32,000 nt of DNA from Candidatus Saccharimonadota bacterium (lineage in GTDB: Bacteria > Patescibacteriota > Saccharimonadia > Saccharimonadales > Saccharimonadaceae). Below the pieces are notes generated by a model. That model was not told the origin of the DNA. It did no database searches and worked only from the letters and a program-made list of their open reading frames with translations. How positions within the stretch are numbered: the first letter of the stretch is position 1; every line of letters starts with the position of its first letter. Made by a program: the position numbers and the translations under genes. The DNA is taken from the NCBI RefSeq assembly GCF_025273655.1, contig NZ_CP045921.1, forward strand, positions 330,001 to 362,000. Reading direction: 5' to 3'. Below, piece by piece: positions 15,591 through 21,907 of the stretch.

Positions 15591-18377
15591 TCAAGATTCG
15601 GTTGGAGTTGCCGGTTTTTTCTTGCGGGTACGTTTGCGCTTGCGTTTCTTCGGTGCATCTCTAGAACCTTCTTCTGTTTGCGCTGGAGCTGGGCTGCTGG
15701 TAACGGCGGGCTGCTGCGTGGCGGCAGTGGGTTTTTTCTTGCGATCGTGACGAATTTGTAGTGTGCCATCGTCTGCCACTGAAGCGACAGGCGGCGCGGT
15801 AGGTGCTGGTGGCACCGTCTCGGCTGGCACGGGTGGCGGTGTGGCGGAGTCCGGAGTTATCATCTGCGTCTGGGCGTTGATCGGCCATTGTTTTGTGTCG
15901 GGAACAGGAGTAGTTGGGGTTGCTTTTGGCTTCTTGAGCTGCTCTGGCGGCTGGATGAGATCACTAATCGCCTGTTCCACTTCGGCTCGTGGCAGGCTAA
16001 ACTGTTCCCGGCTGTTTTGGATGATATAAGCTGAATTGTCTACTTGTGGTGGTGGCAGATTGAGCGTGGTGGCGCTGAAAGCCGGGGCTTTCTCTCCCTT
16101 GATGACCATATTCACGATGAAATGGCGATTATGCATCTGTAGCAGATCATTTGCCTCGAACTGCGGCTGGAACTGCTGCGCGAGTATCTGGGCATCTTCG
16201 GCCGAGACGCGGAAAGATATCATGGTTCCAACGTTACCAAACACTGCGCCGCGCACCGTGTCACTCATCTGCGAGATATACTGATTGGCAACGGTGAGGT
16301 TGAGTCCGTATTTACGAGCTTCGGAGAGAATAGTGGCAAACGAGTCGGTCGCAAAGTTTTGGAACTCGTCCACATAGAGATAGAATGGCCGACGGTCTTC
16401 GACATTGGGGATGTCACTGCGGCTCATGGCGGCAAGCTGGATCTTGGTGACCAGGAAACTACCGAGGATACCAGCATTATCTTCGCCTATGAGCCCCTTG
16501 CTCAGATTCACTACCAGGATTTTGCCGTCATCCATGATCTCGCGGATATTGAATGTACTCTTCGGCTGACCGATGATATTGCGAATGACCGGGTTGGCAG
16601 TGAAAGCGCCCACCTTGTTGAGCACAGGCGCGATGGCTTCGGCCACAAACTTGTCGTTCCAGCTGGCAAATTCTACTTTCCAGAACTGAAGCACTACTGT
16701 GTCGGTACAGTAATCAAGCGTTTCTTTGCGGAACTTCTTGTCTGTAAGCATGCGTGTGATGTCGAGCATAGTCGTCTCTGGACGGTCGAGCAGTGCCAAA
16801 ATGGTGTAGCGCAAAATATACTCTAGGCGTGGCCCCCACGATTCACCGAACATACGCTTGAGCACGCCGATAACTTCAGAGCTGATGTTGCTTTTCATGT
16901 TGGGATCGGTGACTTCGAGCGGGTTGAAACCGACGGGATGCGCGGTGTCGGCTGGATTGAAATACACGACGTCTTTGATACGGTGCGCCGGGATAAACTT
17001 CATGTTATTGATAGCAAAATCGCCGTGCGGATCGATGATAGCGTAGCCTTGGTTGTGGTAGACGTCGCTCAGAGCAAACAGTTCGAGCAAGCCGGACTTA
17101 CCAGCACCCGTCTGACCGATGATGTAGACATGGCGTGAGCGATCGTAACGTAACATGCCGAACTGGTGATTTATACCACGGAAGTTTGTCAGGCCAAACG
17201 CAGAGATGTTTTCGTCGATTGCTTCGTTGCCGGTGATGACGGGTAGTTTGGCCGGCGGCTCGGCCGTCTTGGTGCTGGCCCAGACAATGTTTGGTGTCTC
17301 CACGTTTGTGTGCGGCAGGTGGAAGACGCTGGCGAGCTCTTCGATATTGAGCACGAAGCCGTCGCCGCCCATGAAGACACGGCTACGATACGCGCCCAGC
17401 GAATCTTTGTCCATGCTGCTGTTTGATTGTTTGAAACCGTTGAGATTGGTGCTGTTGTACTGTTTATAGGTCCCCACCAAGGCCTGCATGCGGAGCTTGG
17501 CATTGGCTTGGCTTTCGCCGAGGTAGGCCAGACGGATTTTGACTTGGTAGCCGAGTTTGGTTGCCTTTTTCTCGGCTTCGGCGATACGGGTTTTATCGCG
17601 CTCGGATAACTCTTTAGGCTTGGCCTCACCGCCTGCTCCGGTCTCTGGCGGTTTTACAAGTGCCTCGGCCAGTGTGCCGAGCCATTTCATATCAAAGCCA
17701 CTCGATATACTGAATCCCCCACCGTTTTTGACTTTGCTGATCCAAGCATTGCTGTTTTTGTGCCAACTGTCGGGGACTGGGCGCACCAGTACTTGAATCC
17801 AGAGCTCTTCTCCGGTGTCTTCGAGCTTGGCGAGTGTACCGGTGATACCGGCAAGTGGGTCGACTTCGAAGCTCTGGAACGTTTTGAGCGGCAAAAACTC
17901 GCTGTCTGTAAGGGTGATCTCGGCAGTATGGACGACGCTGTGGTGGCGTTCGTGTGCGACGTAGTCTTCGTCGGCTTCGTGAATCTGTACGGTTGGATAC
18001 TGGGCGTAGATCTGGCCTTCGACGAAGCTCTGGAGCGTCGTGGGGGTCCAAACATAGAAGCGAATTTGGCCGCCTACCGAAGCAATTTCGAAACTCAGGT
18101 GTTCCTGCACTCCCCCAGCACGCTTGAGCTCTTCGGCATCGCGCAAAATACCGTGCAGGCTGGCAAATAGCTGCTCTGCGGCAAGTTCAGATTTGTCGTT
18201 GGTTTTCGGGATTTCGAGGATGAGGAGTGTACTTTCGACGGTCTGGATTTGTTTGATCTTGCGGTTATTCCAGACGGCGAGTCCACCCAAGATGAGACAT
18301 ACGGGGACCCATACGTACGGGGATAGGATGAGCTGGATAAACTCGACGAAAAAATTCATAATATTTATGATTTTCAT
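15591..18377 (-). CDS. Membrane-anchored P-loop ATPase of the HerA/FtsK/VirD4(TraG/TraD) superfamily with a Pro/Thr-rich polybasic tail
   Basis: 928 aa with an N-terminal hydrophobic segment. Walker A is GQTGAGKS at residues 421-428 (nt 17094-17117). Also has AIIDPHGDF, Walker B FYLYVDEFQNF near residue 666, and ARKYGLNLTVANQYISQM. Residues ~810-928 are P/T/A-rich and end in KKRKRKRTRKKK. SD AGAGG is present. Confidence 0.75.
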   Translation of the reverse strand: MKIINIMNFFVEFIQLILSPYVWVPVCLILGGLAVWNNRKIKQIQTVESTLLILEIPKTNDKSELAAEQLFASLHGILRDAEELKRAGGVQEHLSFEIASVGGQIRFYVWTPTTLQSFVEGQIYAQYPTVQIHEADEDYVAHERHHSVVHTAEITLTDSEFLPLKTFQSFEVDPLAGITGTLAKLEDTGEELWIQVLVRPVPDSWHKNSNAWISKVKNGGGFSISSGFDMKWLGTLAEALVKPPETGAGGEAKPKELSERDKTRIAEAEKKATKLGYQVKIRLAYLGESQANAKLRMQALVGTYKQYNSTNLNGFKQSNSSMDKDSLGAYRSRVFMGGDGFVLNIEELASVFHLPHTNVETPNIVWASTKTAEPPAKLPVITGNEAIDENISAFGLTNFRGINHQFGMLRYDRSRHVYIIGQTGAGKSGLLELFALSDVYHNQGYAIIDPHGDFAINNMKFIPAHRIKDVVYFNPADTAHPVGFNPLEVTDPNMKSNISSEVIGVLKRMFGESWGPRLEYILRYTILALLDRPETTMLDITRMLTDKKFRKETLDYCTDTVVLQFWKVEFASWNDKFVAEAIAPVLNKVGAFTANPVIRNIIGQPKSTFNIREIMDDGKILVVNLSKGLIGEDNAGILGSFLVTKIQLAAMSRSDIPNVEDRRPFYLYVDEFQNFATDSFATILSEARKYGLNLTVANQYISQMSDTVRGAVFGNVGTMISFRVSAEDAQILAQQFQPQFEANDLLQMHNRHFIVNMVIKGEKAPAFSATTLNLPPPQVDNSAYIIQNSREQFSLPRAEVEQAISDLIQPPEQLKKPKATPTTPVPDTKQWPINAQTQMITPDSATPPPVPAETVPPAPTAPPVASVADDGTLQIRHDRKKKPTAATQQPAVTSSPAPAQTEEGSRDAPKKRKRKRTRKKKPATPTES

Positions 18378-18519
18378 TATATCATACCTCTGTTAATTTT
18401 GCAAGGTTGAGCTTTTTATTGTATATCCGCAGGCTTGCTGCGTAAATAACATTATCATTGCCTGCGAGGCTCTGAAGCTGCCCGTACTGCGAAGCTGAAT
18501 TGTCTCGTAAAGCTTTTGT

Positions 18520-18576
18520 TTCTTTTGTCGTACAAAAGAAGGATTTTGCCCTTACTTTTCTAGTCGTAGAAAAGTA
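18520..18576. promoter_or_regulatory. Two adjacent related palindromes upstream of the ATPase gene
   Basis: IR1 is TTCTTTTGT-CGT-ACAAAAGAA (18520-18540). IR2 is TACTTTTCTA-GTCG-TAGAAAAGTA (18553-18576). Both share CTTTT..GTCGTA..AAAAG. Confidence 0.45.
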
Positions 18577-18834
18577 GCAAAAGACTCGCGACACACCTCA
18601 GTCTCGCCGAGAATCCGCGCCAGTTTAAAGCGGCTGCTGCGTGTCGCCCTTTGAGCGGTCAAAATTCATTTTTCTAGTTATTTAATTTTGACAAATCCTC
18701 ACAGTTTACTCCGTTTCTCCTTGACGTGGATTCTCGGGAGTCTTTAGAGTGTACGCCTGCAAAATGATATTTATAGATTGGATTCCAGATCAAGTTCAGA
18801 ATGACAAGGTGTGAAAACTGTGAACAAAAGAAAA

Positions 18835-18900
18835 CCCGCCCCTCGAGGACGTCACCGATGCGCCGTGGTGGCGCCTCGAGGCGGGGTCTTTTTGGGGCGG
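18835..18900 (-). terminator. Copy A of a repeated ~65-nt structured element; works as an intrinsic terminator after the 111-aa gene
   Basis: On the - strand it reads CCGCCCC-AAAAAGA-CCCCGCCTCGAGG..GCGCC-loop-GGCGC..CCTCGAGGGGCGGG followed by TTTTCTTTTG. It starts 21 nt after the stop codon at 18922. By hand alignment it is ~80% identical to 21473-21537. Confidence 0.65.
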
Positions 18901-18921
18901 TGAGGCTCACATGCCTGGAAA

Positions 18922-19257
18922 TCAGGGTAAGCCGTGTGCTTTGTGCAATCGGTACTGAGCCTCTGCCTTTGCTGCTTGCTCAGCGATCAAGTCAGTCTCA
19001 TGTCTGGCTTGGTCGAGTTCCATCTGCCGTGCAAGCTCGCGCTTTTGGCGTCGTCGCTCGGGAGCGTTGATGACCCCCTTGGTGGTATACACCGTGAGTG
19101 TGATGGGCCAGGCTACAGAAGTGACGATAAGCACAAAGATGAGATCTGGTGTTGCATGCTTGGTCCAGGCCTTATCTCCTAACAATCGTTGATGGGTGAT
19201 CGTTCCTGTAGTGGAGGCGACAAGCACCCAGACAACAAAGATTGTGAGTCCGATCAT
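18922..19257 (-). CDS. Small 2-TM protein with a charged coiled-coil tail (hypothetical)
   Basis: 111 aa with two hydrophobic helices (LTIFVVWVLVAS, LIFVLIVTSVAWPITLTVY) followed by RRRQKRELARQMELDQARHETDLIAEQAAKAEAQ. SD GAAGGAAGC and a TATAAT at 19297-19302 (- strand) lie upstream. Confidence 0.55.
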   Translation of the reverse strand: MIGLTIFVVWVLVASTTGTITHQRLLGDKAWTKHATPDLIFVLIVTSVAWPITLTVYTTKGVINAPERRRQKRELARQMELDQARHETDLIAEQAAKAEAQYRLHKAHGLP

Positions 19258-19326
19258 AGCTTCCTTCTTTCGAGTTGGGCATTATGACTTATTTTTATTA
19301 TAGCATATAAATCATAAAAAGTAAAT

Positions 19327-19344
19327 ACGCAGCCGAAGCTGCGT
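19327..19344 (-). terminator. Intrinsic terminator after the sigma4/HARE-HTH gene
   Basis: ACGCAGC-TTCG-GCTGCGT on the - strand (7-bp stem, UUCG tetraloop), followed by ATTTACTTTTTAT. Confidence 0.65.
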
Positions 19345-19367
19345 AGTGGACGAGCCGTGATACCTCC

Positions 19368-20414
19368 CTACTCTGCTAGCGCGTACGTAGCCTTGGCTAC
19401 TCGTTTGAACTGCGGCTTACTCTGCAGATTGAGTAGAATTGTTGTTTCCTTGACCTGGCGGCTTTTGAGTACGCGGCGAACGATTTCGTCGCGGTGAAGT
19501 GGCTCTTTGCTTTCGCGCAGGACGTCAGAGATAGTGTCTGCAACGGTGCCCTTGCTGTAGCCCCAGCTGTCGAGTGCGTAGATGCCGCGGCCGATGAGTA
19601 CGAAGCGCTTGTCTTTGATTAGTTCGTTGTGGATAGCCTGAGTGGTGACATCTTTGCGGTTAAAATCGCTATCTTTGATCGCTTCGGCTATCTCGCTGAA
19701 ATGAAGGGGCTTGCCGTTTTCGCTGAGGATGACGAAGATCTTGTCGCGGATGTTCTTCGGGTTCACAGTCGGCCACTTGGTCAGACCCCAGAGGTCTTTC
19801 AGGTGCGCAAGGTGCTTAGAGACGCTGGCGAGTGCTTCTACATGCTTGGGGTGCTCGTAGTTTAATTTAGCGTCAAGCTGTTCAATAGTGAGTGGCTCTT
19901 TGTTGGCTTTGATTGCTTTTACGATTTCATCGACTTCTTTGCGAATCTTTTTCTCGTCGCCATATTCTGCGATACCGACAGAGAGATGGTAGTTGTCGGT
20001 TTCGTTAACTACGGTAAGATGTGGCGCTAGCTCTGCCAGGAAGGCGATGTGCGCACGCTCGCGAGCATCACTCTTCTTGCCAAGGAGTGTGTCAGTCAGG
20101 TCTTGGACGCGGGCGATACGACCCATGTCGCTGAGGACACGGACGATCACCTTTTCGCTCGCAGTCACATCTGGCAGTTCGCCGCGCTCTGCAGTCATCT
20201 TGATACGGATCAAAATTGCCTTCTCAAGCTGACGTACGCGTTCACGGGTTATACCGAGAAGCTCACCGATCTGCTCGAGTGTTTCTTTGCGTTCGTAGAG
20301 GCCAAAACGACGAGTAATGATTTCACGCTCACGCTCTTGGTCAATAGAATCAACAATAGCGGCAACTGCTGCTTTGATATCGATCACTTGTTCTTGCGTA
20401 GGAGCTTCGCTCAT
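19368..20414 (-). CDS. DNA-binding protein with sigma-70 region 4 only, followed by repeated HARE-HTH-like winged-helix modules
   Basis: Start placed at the ATG at 20414 (MSEAPTQEQ...), which has AGAGGA upstream. REIITRRFGLYERKETLEQIGELLGITRERVRQLEKAILIRIK is a sigma region 4 HTH. The C-terminal blocks LHFSEIAEAIK...KDKRFVLIGRGIYAL and LHRDEIVRRVLK...QFKRVAKATYAL fit the HARE-HTH pattern. I saw no region 2. Confidence 0.65.
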   Translation of the reverse strand: MSEAPTQEQVIDIKAAVAAIVDSIDQEREREIITRRFGLYERKETLEQIGELLGITRERVRQLEKAILIRIKMTAERGELPDVTASEKVIVRVLSDMGRIARVQDLTDTLLGKKSDARERAHIAFLAELAPHLTVVNETDNYHLSVGIAEYGDEKKIRKEVDEIVKAIKANKEPLTIEQLDAKLNYEHPKHVEALASVSKHLAHLKDLWGLTKWPTVNPKNIRDKIFVILSENGKPLHFSEIAEAIKDSDFNRKDVTTQAIHNELIKDKRFVLIGRGIYALDSWGYSKGTVADTISDVLRESKEPLHRDEIVRRVLKSRQVKETTILLNLQSKPQFKRVAKATYALAE

Positions 20415-20474
20415 CTGTAATTGTCCTCTCTGCCACCTCAGATTTATACTGTTGTTAATTCCAAATCTGTATTC

Positions 20475-20503
20475 ATTATAAAACATTGTGTATTCAATGT
20501 CAA
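20475..20503 (-). promoter_or_regulatory. Consensus sigma-70 promoter TTGACA-17-TATAAT for the sigma4/HARE-HTH gene
   Basis: On the - strand: TTGACA at 20503-20498, a 17-nt spacer and TATAAT at 20480-20475. The leader to the ATG at 20414 is ~55 nt. Confidence 0.7.
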
Positions 20504-20649
20504 ACAGATTTTCTGCTTACCGTATTATAGCACGAGTTCGACGGGTTTTGTAAACAGTGTTTTGAGACTTTTTTGTAACACTACTTTGTGCGCTTATGTA
20601 TATACAGGGGTAGATAAATATTGTATACGCTAGGGATTGAGTTTATGGC

Positions 20650-21432
20650 TTATGAGCAAGCGCCAGCACTTGCCTGGGTGTCGCCTGCCGAGATATGCCA
20701 GTAGGTATCTGGGTAATTGACATGGTGGGCTTGGACGCAAAATGTACTAGGGTCAAATATTGATACTGGTGCCGGAAGAGTTTCTTTCTGAATGCCAGAT
20801 GCCCAATTGTCCCAAAACGATGTGACTGGGAATGTGCCACCCATGGCGATGAAGCGGTTGGATAGCTCAGTACCAAAGTTCATCATGACCGTTTTCTTAT
20901 CGGACCACCACGCGTCGTATGAGACGTTGGTATTGTACCAGTCGCGGATGGTATTTTGCCCAAGCGGCACGTTGAATGTGTTGGCATTCCAGCCATTTAT
21001 CTGCATACCCTGGTAGCCGTACACATTACAGGCAGTGATATAGGCGCCAACTTGTCCACTCACGCTCGCACCGTTACTGCGTCCTTCGGCCACCATCTCA
21101 TTGCAAAGATCGTAGAACAATACACCGTTTTGCACGGTGCTCAGGCCGGCATACCGACTTTCGATACCGACAAGTTGGATACCGACACCTTTGGAGGGTC
21201 TCATGTCTGCCGGCAATATATCCGGGTACATGCGGGAAGTGCCCCTCCCTGCCTCCATGAGCTTGGCGGCGTTTGATAGGTCGCTCTGCAAGGTAGTGGT
21301 GATAGCTCGCTGCTGGATGCCGCGATACGATACGAGGCCGATTGTCGCTAGGATACCAAGGATCACAGTGACGACAAGAATTTCTATCAATGTAAAGCCG
21401 CTGTTCCGGCATGCCCACGCTTTTGATTTCAT
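20650..21432 (-). CDS. Type IV pilin-like protein (prepilin-type N-terminal cleavage/methylation domain)
   Basis: 260 aa. MKSKAWACRNSG/FTLIEILVVTVILGILATIGLV is a class III signal with G-1/F+1/E+5. Two Cys pairs lie in the globular domain, including a C-terminal pair. Confidence 0.8.
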   Translation of the reverse strand: MKSKAWACRNSGFTLIEILVVTVILGILATIGLVSYRGIQQRAITTTLQSDLSNAAKLMEAGRGTSRMYPDILPADMRPSKGVGIQLVGIESRYAGLSTVQNGVLFYDLCNEMVAEGRSNGASVSGQVGAYITACNVYGYQGMQINGWNANTFNVPLGQNTIRDWYNTNVSYDAWWSDKKTVMMNFGTELSNRFIAMGGTFPVTSFWDNWASGIQKETLPAPVSIFDPSTFCVQAHHVNYPDTYWHISAGDTQASAGACS

Positions 21433-21472
21433 AGTGAGACTAGTATATCTGCTTATGTTAGAAAACGAAAGA

Positions 21473-21537
21473 CCGCCCCGAGGACGTCAACCGATGCGTC
21501 TGGTGACGCCTCAAGGTGGAGGTCTTTCGTGGGGCGG
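21473..21537 (-). terminator. Copy B of the repeated ~65-nt structured element; terminator after the 96-aa gene, abutting the pilin promoter
   Basis: On the - strand it reads CCGCCCC-ACGAAAGA-CCTCCACCTTGAGG..GCGTC-loop-GACGC..CCTCGGGGCGG followed by TCTTTCGTTTTC. It starts 15 nt after the stop at 21553. Confidence 0.6.
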
Positions 21538-21552
21538 AGAGCATCTGTCTGG

Positions 21553-21843
21553 CTACGTAGTTTCAAAAATAGTGAGGCATTGCGCCCACTCATTTTCGTC
21601 ATCGGAGGAGCAGGTAATGCCCAGTACGCTCAGTCCGACGTCGTGCGGTTTTGCGGTCGCTGGCTCGCTGTCGAAGATGAGATCCGCGACGTACTCCTCT
21701 CTTGAGTCCCAGTAGGCATAGCGGTGAAATGTGCCGTGACGCACTGACTCCGGCATGTCGGGCTTGTAGTTGATAAACCGTACGCCGGGTGCAATGTCTC
21801 TCGGTACGAGCGCTGCATCACTGAGTGGGTTGTGTGCTTGCAT
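21553..21843 (-). CDS. Small orphan protein (hypothetical, GC-richer than its neighbours)
   Basis: 96 aa from the ATG at 21843; the track start at 21849 is TTG. SD GAAGGA lies 6 nt upstream. It has its own promoter, TTGACG(21906-21901)-17-TATGTT(21883-21878), immediately after the topA stop. Confidence 0.5.
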   Translation of the reverse strand: MQAHNPLSDAALVPRDIAPGVRFINYKPDMPESVRHGTFHRYAYWDSREEYVADLIFDSEPATAKPHDVGLSVLGITCSSDDENEWAQCLTIFETT

Positions 21844-21907
21844 GTTCAATCCTTCGATAGCGGTGGACAGTATTTAGAACATACAATTAATTTCAAGACG
21901 CGTCAAG

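Noticed and set aside
18382-18910. Track ORFs 18382-18594 (-) and 18674-18910 (-) upstream of the ATPase gene
   Set aside because: They run through the tandem palindromes and through structured element A (a terminator). They lack SDs and have odd composition. The region is better treated as non-coding regulatory DNA.
21137-21715. 192-aa + strand ORF spanning the pilin gene 5' end, structured element B and the next gene
   Set aside because: It crosses a terminator hairpin and two better-supported - strand genes, and has no SD or promoter.
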